Assembly: GCA_051294375.1 (NCBI GenBank)
Contig: CM119267.1
Coordinates: forward strand, 13,966,710-14,030,709
Source of the DNA: Paraspadella gotoi
Taxonomy: Eukaryota > Animalia > Chaetognatha
Direction: 5' to 3'
Length of the DNA stretch: 64,000 nt
Position numbers and translations under genes: made by a program. Position 1 is the stretch's first letter, and every line of letters starts with the position of its first letter. The notes beneath the pieces are model-generated. The model worked only from the letters and a program-made list of their open reading frames with translations. It made no database searches and was not told the origin of the DNA. Positions 36,858 through 49,268 of the stretch are shown here, one piece after another.

Positions 36858-39800
36858 ATCAATTCTGTTTTCATTAGATAAAAACTAACTTATTTTCGAA
36901 GCCCATACGTCTTCGTTTTACTTTCCTTTTTGCTGATTCCTTCATTCGAAAAATATATCTAACTTCATATGCGATGAACGATATATATTATTTTTTATAA
37001 CACAAAAGTTTTTTTTACTATGAGTACTGCCTACTCGAGTTTTTGAAAAAATACTTACACTTGTTTCACCACAAAAACTTATTTCCTACCAAATTACCAA
37101 TAACTTCTAACTGATTTTTATTAAAAAAATTGTTAATAATTAATTAAAACAATGAAGTGCAGATTAGATATTGGGTTCACACAATGACGAGGCCAGTAAA
37201 ACAGTAAACTAAACTAAACTTAAAACAGCTAAGAGGCCACAAATGCAGGGATTAGGTTATATTTTTGTTTTTTTTTTTATTTAAGCGCCACCGTCTCCGC
37301 TTAGCGCTAAGTTCGCTCTCGTATGGATTAAGAAAAATAGACAAATGGAAAACCTTTTAAATTAATATTATAAAAAAATATCAAAATATTTCTTTGCATT
37401 TTCTCATGTAATCCACTTAGCCTTTCGGGCATATTTTTTCAAAAGGCGAGATAGTTAGATTCGTTTTGAATTAATGGGGGAAGTGAGGTATTAAACAAAG
37501 ATATTCCATACTAAAATTTTGACGCTTCAACCAGCAGACCTCCTAAAATATTTGAGTTTAAAAATTGTTAAGTTTTTTAAACTACGAATTACAAAAAAAT
37601 ATTTAACAAAAAAAGCAGTTTTAGCTTATAATTTAAGCGTTGATTTAAAAAAAAAAGAGATCTTTTGTTTATCCGTAGCAACGGTATTACGATGCCATCT
37701 CAGCAAGATTTTTGACGAGTTGCCCGAAAAAAAAAGTAAGCAACGCCATAATTTTTTTCTTAAACAGCAAGGACGATGACAACAGATAATTGATAAAATA
37801 ATTTACAAACAGCGAATGTTTAATTCGTAAAACCTGCAGTTTACCTAAATTTTTTCTGAACTGTCTTTTGAAAAAGAATTTAAATTTTAAGTTGGAAAGA
37901 AAAGACTTCTTCACACCAAAGACACTTAACCTTGACCGTCGGGAAAGCAAGTAAAAAAAAATAATGTTTGGGCAAAGAAGCGATTTCTGGGTTTGGAAGG
38001 AAACCGTTTCGTCTCTCGCTTCCGCCGTTTGCTAGGAGAAAAAAAAAAACGCGAAAGAAACCAAAAACATGTCGATTGAAGGGACGAGGAAACTGCACTG
38101 AAGGAGTTCCGAAGTTGGGAAAGTAATGAAAGAGTAAAACAAAGAAGTGCAAAAGTGAGGAAGTAATGAAAGGTAAACAAAAAAATGCCGAAGTAGGGAA
38201 ATCAGAAATGTGAGGAGAGAAGGCAGTGGAATGGAGGGAGAAAATGGAAAAAAGAAAAGCAAAATGGGAAATATAAAACGGTTAGGAAAAAGGGTGTGAG
38301 TAGTTGCGGATGTGAAAAAATGTTGAAAAGGAGCATGGTGAACGTTGCAGTGATTAAGAAATGAAAGGTGAGCGAAAAAAGTGTACCAGGTGTTAAAGGG
38401 GAAAAAAAAGAAGGTTGCTGGTAGAAAAAAACAAGTTATTTACAAATTGAAAACTCGAGGAAAAGATTGACGCGAGATTTGAACGATATCTTTGCCAAAC
38501 TTACTTTTCCTAAGGATATTTGGGCAGACGACGAAATGATATCTGCAAAAAGTTAAGCCAAATGTTTTGGCTAAATCGTCGTTAAACGATTCTCCATAAA
38601 GTTGCGGCCCGCTGTTTTGTTTCGTCACGGACGGTGTTCGTCGACGTTTTCAGAAAGTTGGCTTCGACGCTTCGTGCGTCGTGCCGCGAAAATCGCTTGC
38701 TGTTGTCAAGCGGTATACGGTGCGTTTTTTTTTTAGTCAGAGTCCTCGGTGATGAATGACTTTCACCCTCTGCCCCCTGTGGTCTTCAGTTCGGGATCTC
38801 TCTCTCCTCGACGAGATATTTTTTTTTTCGCCTCGAGGGCATTCGGGCTTTTTCGTTTTATCAATCACGACAAATCGATGCCGGAAAAAAAAGAGGCGTC
38901 AACATCACTGTTTTCGTGAAAAAGAAAACTGATATGTTTTCTTTTTTAGATGTCAAAGTTTAACAAAAAAACTACTTGACATAATTATGAATGGAACGAA
39001 TGCAATAATCCATGCGAAAGTGGTCATCAACCAAGCATTCCTCGTATTTTTTTTACACCATTGACGAGAGAGTCACTGCTCGCCAGCAAGCCAGTCGGTG
39101 CCAAATACACGACGCCGTTTCCACAAGATTGGCGACCGCCGAGGGCGCGATCCGACGCGAAGATTTGTGATCAGCGCCAAAGGGGAGGTCCAAAACACAG
39201 AGGGCGCCGCCCACGCCAGGGTCGAGAGAGAAAACGCCGTTCGCAGGTCAAAAAGAAAAGTTGCGGCGCTTTAGGCGTCGGGCAACCGTTCGGCATCGTG
39301 TCCGCAAGAGTTCGGCAACTATCCGGCAACGGGTCGGCAACGGGTCGAAGCGGAAAAAAGCGATTTGGCTCCGATTTAGTGTCCGAGGTGGCGTCGAAAC
39401 GCGACCATATCGCTTTCGACCTTTGAGAAGGAAAAAAAAGGGAATAAAAACGAAAAAAAAATTTGGAAAAAACAAAACCGAAAAGTCAGGGAATCACGTT
39501 AGCCTGAAAAAACAAAAAGCACTGAACTTAACATTTATTGTTTTTTCTTTCTTTCTCGCTGATGTAGTTGAAGGCGAAGTTTCTTAATTTTTTAAGTTTT
39601 TTTTTTTTTATTAAAAAAATACACGAACGGTTGAAATCAAAGAAAGCCGTATATATTCTCCGGTCGATATCCCTTGATCCTTTTTCATTGTTCGGATTTT
39701 CTTCTTGTCAAATAGTTTGTTTTTTCTTGCTTTCATACCTTTTTCACAACGTCGACGATGTATTTACCGTCGTTTTCGTTGTCTTGCTTGTTCTATTTGT

Positions 39801-39949
39801 TCTTTCCTGTATGTCGGCCCGGGGGTCATTTGTCCGATCGACGACCCCCCTCTGGCGGAGGAATACAAATGGAGAGATCGACGGATATCCGCGAAAAAGA
39901 GGCGAGAGAGAGGAGAGAGAGGAGAGAGAGAGAGAGAGAGAAAGAGATA

Positions 39950-39981
<32 letters not shown>

Positions 39982-40489
39982 CGAGAGGGAGAGAGAGAGA
40001 GAGAGAGAAGCAGAGAGAGGCCTAATNNNNNNNNNNNNNNNNNNNNNNNNNATTTAAAATTATAATTTCTAAGGGGAAAAAAGCCTCCGTGGGGAATTTT
40101 GTCTACGATACAGCGGAAGAATCTTTGGAAGATGCTGTAGCCGAAGACGATGCCGAAGACGATGCCGAAGACGATGCCGAAGACGACTAGAGAATCAAAA
40201 GACTCGACCGAGAAAGATTTTTTTAAGACGACGCGATATTCGATGCAGCTGTGACGAAGAGCGAAGGAAAAGCTCCAAGGAAAAAAAAAGGAGAAAAAAA
40301 AAATAAAGGAAAAATTTAAAGATCCAGCGAAAAAAAAAACTGAGTCGAGTTTTCTTTAAAAAAAAAAGCACAACCTTTTTTTTGGCATCTTTTTTTTTTC
40401 CTCTGCGTCTGAACAAATACGAATATAAACCCTCGACCTCCGTAAACAAAATCAGTTGGGAAATAAAAAAGACACGGAAAGTAGAAAGT

Positions 40490-41136
40490 GGAAAAAAACA
40501 GAAGAACATCTCTGAACCCCGGAGGGTCAAAGATGAGAGTCGGCGGGATCGAGGAAGTCGCGGACCGGGAATAAGCGGGATTCGAAACCCGGACGTGCCG
40601 AATCATAAGGGATTGGGAATGCGGACTGCGGAGGGCAGGGGATTGTAAGGGTTAAGGTTAAATGAGTCCAAATTGGTTGATCTCTTGACATCATCGAGTC
40701 TTGAGAGAATGCCTAAGTTAGAGAATAAGCCTCATCGACTAGTTTGCCAAACGGATGTTTCCTTCGAAGGCGGAATCGGAGGGCCTTGTGAATCCAGGGA
40801 CCCGTGATTCTCTCGATGTGTGAGGGGAAATCTCTGCCCTCGATTCCGGAGAAAGAAAAAGTCCCGAGCTCTGAGATTCGCGGTCTCCCCCTTGCCCCCC
40901 CCCAAAAAAGGGGAAAAAACGGGATCTATTTTAGAAAATGATCACCCCCATTCTCTCAAGAGGCGACGCCGGCCGGAAACTGCCGACGCCGGTTCCCACC
41001 GTCCGGTGAAACGTTGGGTCGAGGCGAAACCATCAGCGCCGGTTAACGACGCCGCGTCGCCGCGCGCCGCAGCCTTCGACGCCGGAGACCCCGGTGACGC
41101 TGCCGGCGGCGGCGTCGTCGTCGTCACCGTTGTCAC
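40490..41136 (-). CDS. Possible frameshifted coding exon of an unidentified gene
   Basis: GC-rich non-repetitive block with minus-strand protein-like pieces (TPPPAASPGSPASKAAARGDAASL; HGSLDSQGPPIPPSKET; LDSFNLNPYNPLPSAVRIPNP). No recognisable domain. Confidence 0.22.
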
Positions 41137-43541
41137 CGGTCACGGACGATAAAAAAGAAAAGTATTTCAGTCGAAAGGTTTTGTGAAAATTTGATGAGGG
41201 CCAAAAAGTTTCGGCCCAAAACTGTCAGCGTCTTCCTTCCAAATGAGGTACTTACTAAAGGTAAGTTAAAAATAAAACGGGAGGAAAAAGGGACGCAATT
41301 CCCTCGTATTTCGGTTCAAAAAATCAGATTTTTTAGCGATTTACTTACCCACTGAATTTGTAAATTTTGTTCCCCTTTTTTAAAAATTTGTTTCCGTCTA
41401 TATAATTTTTCCTTCCTATGAGGGGGATTTTTTCTTACTTTATTTACTGAAAGTATTTTCCTTTTCTATAGAAATTTTGTTTTAGTCTTAATAAATGAGA
41501 TAGCTGTACAAACAAAATAGCATTTTAAAAAAAAAAATAGCAATAAAAGTTTTTATAAGTATATTTTAAGTTTACCCTGCTTATAAGCATGATACCTTTA
41601 TTTATGACTTGGAAGCTCATTGAGTAAAGCCATCAACTCATAACCACTAAGTACCGGGTTCAATAAATTTTTTTTATTTAGTGACAGTTTATTAAGAGGT
41701 CAAATTTAAAACTTCATAAATACAATTTTTCTGATGATTAAAAAGTACTTAAAATTAAAGCAAAAATAAATATGAGGTAATGAATATATGTGGCGGACGG
41801 ATACTAATGGCCACGTTCGTTAGAATCTCAAGTTTCATAAGTTCGTTCAAATAATAAAAATGTTTCCAAGAACAAAAATGTTTATTTGTTCAGTTGTAAA
41901 ATAGACCTTAATAAAATAATCAAAGCATATAGATATTCACTGCTTTTGTTAGCAAGCAATTTGAATACCTATATGTCTCAAGCAATGCAATAACAATTAA
42001 TAAACATTATTAATTAGCTAATAATCATTAACGAGTATATTGATCTGAAGACTGATGTTAGAACAAAATCCTTTGTGAAAAGGAAGGAATCAGTTAAGGT
42101 AAAAATGGAAACAATAAAATTGCTACTACGTGTGATCTAGTTATAACATAGGTAAATGATGATGATGTCCTTTTTTTTGGACATGATTATGTTAACATAA
42201 TATCATAATACAATGTATTTGGAATATCTATTGTTAGATGTTGAAGTGGTGAAAACCACTGGGTCATAGTTCTTGGATTATAAGTCCCGGATCGAATCGG
42301 GAGATGACTCTTTTTATTGTGATTCAATAAATCGTTTTAGGGATATATGTATGTAAAATAAGAGTTTGGTTTATTTACAAAGCTAATTGGTAATTTGCCC
42401 CTTCTCAGGCCCCGAAGCAAAAATAAATATGAGGTAATGAATAAATAATATTTTTTTTCTATTTAAAATAAAATCAAATTTAAGTAAATTCAAACATCAA
42501 AATACCACTGAGAGCTAAAAAATATAAATCAAGGTTATTAAAAAAGTTGTTAAGCATTAGTCATATTATTGTTTAATGTATGAAAACAAAACTTGTACTA
42601 AGTTTTAAAGAATAAAAATTAAAATATTTTATTACCCACTTAATAATTTTTTTTGAATTTTATTCTAACTATAAATTTTTTAAATTTAAAAAAAATATAA
42701 AATCAGATAATGTTTAATAAAAAAATTATCTTATTACTATTCTGAAAAGTTATTAAGAATCAAAGCATTAAACAAATATAAAATCTATACCATATTAAAA
42801 AGCAGGCAAAATGCTACATTTTATATACTATACTTTTTTAATTTAACTAAGTTTTGATTGATTGTAACTATGTGAATATTAAAAGGTAAAAAATCAAAAG
42901 TTGATCAACAAATATTATGAGTTTATTAGGGCCTAAAAGTTAATACTAAAGACTTATTAGAATTATATAAAAATTGATCGATCTAAAGATGCCAGACAGC
43001 AGGCTATAAAATGATACATCACAACAGGAAATGTTACAATTAATTGAAAGCGATTTACATGTATAGGCGCAGCCACTGGTTCCTTTTGATTTCGAACTAT
43101 TTTAAACAGATTAAATAATGAAAAGTAATTATTAAAAAGATTTGATAAGTTTGTAGTTACAAAAATCTAGTGAATTAACTCTTTTTTGTTTATCTTTTCT
43201 CTTTAACTGTTAAATGTTATACCTCGCCATTTTTGACTCTAACTCTCTCTCATCCCTCTCTTTTTATGTTCTGTTCAATCGACTTTTGAAGTTGTACTAC
43301 GAGAACTAAAACGACAGAAAGAAATAAGCGCTTTGAAAATTGATATATGAAATGATAGAATGATTACGTCAGATGTCTACAAACTCTACATGGATTTCAA
43401 ATGGGAGTGAAATGAAAGGATCAAATACTGTGACTAAATTATTTGTGATAGCAACTTCAGATTTCGCACCCTTGTAAAAAAATCGCTGAAGATTTTTATT
43501 TTCTAACTCCCACTTAGTTAGATTTTTATTTTCTAACTCCC

Positions 43542-43542
<1 letters not shown>

Positions 43543-43580
<38 letters not shown>

Positions 43581-43595
43581 CAGTTAGTTAGTTAA

Positions 43596-43664
<69 letters not shown>

Positions 43665-43678
43665 AAGTTAGTTAGCTA
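43543..43678. repeat. (GTTA)n microsatellite
   Basis: Long near-perfect tetranucleotide run. Confidence 0.95.
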
Positions 43679-43759
43679 ATGAAATTAACAAATATTAATC
43701 ACAATCAGTCAGTTAAGAGTTATAACAACTCTTTTCATTTTACTCCCATTTGAAATCCG

Positions 43760-46700
43760 TGTAGTTACGGAAAAACAAGATATTTATATCTGCTAAACAA
43801 ACAATAGGAAGAAGAGAAAGAAATTGTAACGAGGAAAGATGAAACTGGAAAAAGTTGAAAAGTAGCGAAGACGTGACAAAAGAAAGAGGAAAAAAAAAAT
43901 TTCCGGAAGTAAATAAAACTTGTTTGAGTGAGAGAAGTTTGCAGACAAATTTTTTTCAATTTTCTTTTTTTTTCTCCTCCATCAAACTGTTTCCCTTTCC
44001 TCTCTATTTTCACTTTCTTTTCTTCATTTTCTATTTCCATCTCTTTTTTATCCCTCGATTTTCTTCTTTTTTAGCACTTTGTCTTTCCTTTCTCCTCTAT
44101 TTTCTTCCTCTCTTAGCACTTTTTTTTATTCCTTCACTCTTTAATTCATTAATTTACGATTTTTTTACTTTTCCTTCTCTTTTCACTTTCTATCTTCCCT
44201 CTCTTTCCCACCACTCCTACCCTTCTTTCTCCTTTTTTAATACCATTCCTCTCCTCTATCTTCCTCTCCTTCTCCTCCTCCCCGCTTTCACCCACCCCTT
44301 CCCCCCTTTCTCGTCTCCCTTTCCTCTCGAAATCAGCCCTCGAGATTTGTGGAGGCAAATTCCGAAATGAAATCGGGTTCGAGAAAAACATTTTCGGAGG
44401 TAATGTGACGCGCCAAGCGACGGGGCGAACTTCCGGCGTATAAAACGAAAGGGAGACGTCGGGAGTCGATGGCGTCGGTGAGGGGGGGGCGTGGCGTTTC
44501 TGTTTCCACTCGACGCCATCAACGACGCCACAACGTTTCTAAGAAATCGTACGATGTAGAATAAAAAAAAGAAAGAAAAGAAAAAAAAACATGAACGAGA
44601 GAAACGATTGCGCTCGAAAATTACAATTTTTACCCGACAGATCGCGCTCGACAACGGTATACGAGCGAACAGACACAGGAACGGACGTAACATATATCTA
44701 AGTCTGCTAAACACAACACAATATTGAAGTGCAGAGAGAGAGCTATATACGAGAGATTTGCAAGCTGGAAAAAGTTGAAAGTAGCAAAGACTGTGACGAG
44801 ACGAAAAAAGAGCGAATAAAGTAAAAAAATTTCCGAAGTAGAAGTGAGAAATAACTCTCGTATGAGCGAGTGACGACAAGTGTCGTGCAGACATGACGTA
44901 TATTGTCTATCAGAGAGTGTTTCCTTGTGCTATTGATTTTTGATTGCACGTGCCTACCTCACCTTGCAAATCGATAGTTATCCTGTCTTCACATACATTA
45001 TAATATATAAACATCTCTCTCTTTCTTTTCCTTTCCTACTCTCTATTTCCTAGTTGTTGTTGTGAGTAGCCCTCTCTCGATTTTCTTCTTTTTTAGCACT
45101 ATTCGTCTTTTCCTTTCTCATCTACTCATTTCTTCTACTCATACATTCTATATTCATTCAAGCGAAGTCTCCGTCCTTTAGATCCTCTATCTTTCAATAA
45201 TCGCCTTCACTGCTTGCCATCGCCATATACATTACACCTTGAGTCTCACTCCGTGATTTTATTTTCTCTACTTTTCACTGTACTCTTTCTTTTTCATGCG
45301 TGTTTCTCTCGCGACTCCTGCTCCTTCGTGCACTCGCTTTCTCGTGACCTATACTCTGTCTCTTGTTTCTCGTATGTCTCTTAGGCCGCTCGTCTCCTCG
45401 CGTATTGTCCTGCGTTTCTCTCGTCGTTCCCTCCCGCTCGGCTCGTGTCGATCCACACCCCATATACACTCTGCTATTACTCATTCCTTCTTCGTAGCTC
45501 TCATTCGAATTTCTACTCCTAGAACCTTCTTTTTTCTCTTTCCTTTCTTTTTTTCTACTTCTACACTCGTACGGATCTTCTTAGCAAACGCTTGTGGCGT
45601 CCGCTTGATGGCGTCGCAGTGGAACAGACAACGCACGCCCCCCTCACGACGCATCCGACTCCCGACCGCTCTTCCTTTCGTTTTATACGCCTGAAGTTCG
45701 CCCCGTCCGCTTGGCGCGTCACATATTACCTCGACAAATGCTTCTCTGTTAGACATTCGTATGTGGACGAGTAATTCTCTCACTCTCTCGGAATTTGTTC
45801 TTTTACACACCATACGCAGAAACTCTCGAGGGCTTGATTTCGAGGTATACGAGAAAGAAGGAGAGACGAGCAGAATTATGTGCGGAGGGCGATAGGGGGT
45901 TAGGATGTGGAGTGAAAGCGGGTGAGAGCGCGAGGCGGAGGCGAGGAGAAGACTGAGGAGGATGGCAGGAGAACAATATCCGGGGTATTAAAACGAAGTG
46001 GAAGATAAAAACGAAAGCGGACGACGTGGTGGAGGAGTCAGATGGGTGGCGGTCAATAAAGGAGAGGGACGAGGAAGAGGTGTAGAGGAAGCGGTGTATT
46101 CTAGATATAGTACGCAACGTGCAGAACGGCGCTAAAAAAATTCCAGCGATAAACGTCTCATAGCAAATCTGAATTTCTAAGATAGATCGGGTGAATACAA
46201 GAAAAATAAGATGATGCATATAAAAGAATAAAAAAGACTTAGATAGAAAGAGAGAGGAAGAAAAAAAAATTAAGTGAGAGGAGAGAGGAAGAGAGAAGGA
46301 AACGACAATTACTCGCGTGCTGAAAAATTTACGAAAGAAATTTGTCGATTGACCTCGAAAAACGAACAAGAGCTGACAGAATCGAACTCGAGAGCAGGAA
46401 AAGAACTGAAACGAACTAGACAGAGCGAGAGAAAGCGAAACGACTTGTGGATTGCGAGACGACAACAACAAGATTCAGGACAGATCGAACAGAATATCGA
46501 ACAAAAAGTGAAAGTAATTTAACGTCTGCAAACTTCTCTCGTGCACAGGTCACACAGTTTACTTACTTCCTCAGAGCGAGGAAGCCTTAGTGTGTGCTAC
46601 TCTGCTTCTTTCTTGTCACGTCTTCGCTTGCGATCGCCTTTGTCAGGTAGGCTTTTGTCGAACTATGTTTTCCATGAGAGGTACGTGCATACGTTCTGAT

Positions 46701-46800
46701 TTACTCGTTACAATTTCCTTTCTCTTCTTCCTATTGTTGTTAAGTGTCAAGATTGTATATTATACTTGACTATTTACCTCGTTCATCTTCTCACCGGTGA
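43760..46800. repeat. Noisy direct plus inverted re-reading of about 43760-44640 (fold-back), likely raw-read artefact
   Basis: 44768-44890 is a degraded direct copy of 43850-43950. 45585-45740 is the reverse complement of 44390-44540. 46525-46745 is the reverse complement of 43790-43947. The region ends at a 25-N gap. Confidence 0.8.
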
Positions 46801-47123
46801 NNNNNNNNNNNNNNNNNNNNNNNNNAAGTATAAAATTATCAACAATCAGACAAAAAAGAGATTTGATGATAAAAAAGAATTTGAAATCTTAATTTTCACT
46901 AAACTTCATCTCATAGTTAACTCGGAATATCCCCATATTTATGCCTAACAGATTAACAGAACTAATTACTAATTTCGACGGAAATTATGCTGGAAACACG
47001 TCGATGCCGACGAAAATACGGAAGAATCTCTTGCAGTCTCTTCCGGCGATTGCTGATTAGCCCAAACTTTTTTTCCTTGCGCTAAATAGAAGGGAAACAG
47101 TTTTTAAAAATCTTTTTCTTGTT

Positions 47124-47158
<35 letters not shown>

Positions 47159-48807
47159 NNNNNNNNNNNNNNNNNNNNNNNNNNNNNNNNNNNNNNNNNN
47201 NNNNNNNNNNNNNNNNNNNNNNNNNNNNNNNNNNNNNNNNNNNNNNNNNNNNNNNNNNNNNNNNNNNNNNNNNNNNNNNNNNNNNNNNNNNNNNNNNNNN
47301 NNNNNNNNNNNNNNNNNNNNNNNNNNNNNNNNNNNNNNNNNNNNNNNNNNNNNNNNNNNNNNNNNNNNNNNNNNNNNNNNNNNNNNNNNNNNNNNNNNNN
47401 NNNNNNNNNNNNNNNNNNNNNNNNNNNNNNNNNNNNNNNNNNNNNNNNNNNNNNNNNNNNNNNNNNNNNNNNNNNNNNNNNNNNNNNNNNNNNNNNNNNN
47501 NNNNNNNNNNNNNNNNNNNNNNNNNNNNNNNNNNNNNNNNNNNNNNNNNNNNNNNNNNNNNNNNNNNNNNNNNNNNNNNNNNNNNNNNNNNNNNNNNNNN
47601 NNNNNNNNNNNNNNNNNNNNNNNNNNNNNNNNNNNNNNNNNNNNNNNNNNNNNNNNNNNNNNNNNNNNNNNNNNNNNNNNNNNNNNNNNNNNNNNNNNNN
47701 NNNNNNNNNNNNNNNNNNNNNNNNNNNNNNNNNNNNNNNNNNNNNNNNNNNNNNNNNNNNNNNNNNNNNNNNNNNNNNNNNNNNNNNNNNNNNNNNNNNN
47801 NNNNNNNNNNNNNNNNNNNNNNNNNNNNNNNNNNNNNNNNNNNNNNNNNNNNNNNNNNNNNNNNNNNNNNNNNNNNNNNNNNNNNNNNCCGTCACGATCG
47901 CCCATAACTCTGTAACTGCACATTGTTGCCAAGAAACGCCATTGACTCTCGACGCGTCGGTGGTCGCGTCTCTTCTCCCGGATCGGGTGGCCGGGGTTCC
48001 TCGTTAAGATTCGCGACCCCCGTCTCGAAACTCGCCTGACCCGGCCAAAGAGCCGCCGGTGAATTCGGCGGACTTACCCAGTCTTACCCTCCCGACAAAA
48101 AAAAAGGGCCGCTCGTTTTTTTCTTCCCTCAATTACAAAAACTTGATCCGTCTCTGGAACCATGAGAATTTCCCTCCTCTCTCCTAGTTAGCATTCATTC
48201 GCGACGCATAATCCTTTCTCTCTCTCTNNNNNNNNNNNNNNNNNNNNNNNNNNNNNNNNNNNNNNNNNNNNNNNNNNNNNNNNNNNNNNNNNNNNNNNNN
48301 NNNNNNNNNNNNNNNNNNNNNNNNNNNNNNNNNNNNNNNNNNNNNNNNNNNNNNNNNNNNNNNNNNNNNNNNNNNNNNNNNNNNNNNNNNNNNNNNNNNN
48401 NNNNNNNNNNNNNNNNNNNNNNNNNNNNNNNNNNNNNNNNNNNNNNNNNNNNNNNNNNNNGTAAGTGGCCCGCATTAGATCAAAGGTTCGGATTTCCCAG
48501 TTAGTCGCTATTTTAATTTCGTGACTCGAGCTGAGATTTTTGATGGGAAAGTAGTCTACCTTTTTTAATTAATTTTATTGATTAAAGATTATTTATTGAA
48601 AATACTCATGAATTACTTCTCGACTCAATCTACATAAAAAAATATGTAGACTGAATTTGTGAAGCCGATTTTAATTACTTTTCGTTCAAATTTAGAAATA
48701 TTTAAAGTTTAATTAAATTCCCGATAATTATTACAATTGGAATGAACCCGAAAAATCCAATCAGTCACTGTTAATTCAGATCTGAATCGAATCAAATTTT
48801 TTTTCAG

Positions 48808-48928
48808 CAGCGTTCCCAATAATAATCGATCCCAATTACGGCAGCGATCCCAATAAAAATCGATCCCAATTTTTCTTCAGCGATCCCAATAAAAATCGAT
48901 CTCAATTAGGGCAGCGATCCCAATAAAA
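48808..48928. repeat. About 34-bp minisatellite built of CGATCCCAAT subunits, running into a gap
   Basis: CAGCGATCCCAATAAAAATCGATCCCAATT-like unit repeated about 3.5 times. Confidence 0.88.
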
Positions 48929-49235
48929 NNNNNNNNNNNNNNNNNNNNNNNNNNNNNNNNNNNNNNNNNNNNNNNNNNNNNNNNNNNNNNNNNNNNNNNN
49001 NNNNNNNNNNNNNNNNNNNNNNNNNNNNNNNNNNNNNNNNNNNNNNNNNNNNNNNNNNNNNNNNNNNNNNNNNNNNNNNNNNNNNNNNNNNNNNNNNNNN
49101 NNNNNNNNNNNNNNNNNNNNNNNNNNNNNNNNNNNNNNNNNTTCGTGTCTCTTTGTCCACTCGGAACCAACAGAGGGAGTGGAAGAATGAAGTGGAAAGC
49201 GAGCGGATTATGACGATTTGAGAGTTGGACAAAAG

Positions 49236-49268
<33 letters not shown>

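Noticed and set aside
43543-43678. Telomere-like repeat
   Set aside because: The unit is GTTA/TTAG (4 bp), not TTAGG or TTAGGG. It is an ordinary microsatellite.
47985-48072. HDV-like ribozyme from GGCCGGG/CCCGGCC pairing plus CCGCCG/CGGCGG hairpin
   Set aside because: No P3/L3 element before the 3' P1 strand and no P1.1 or J4/2 consensus.
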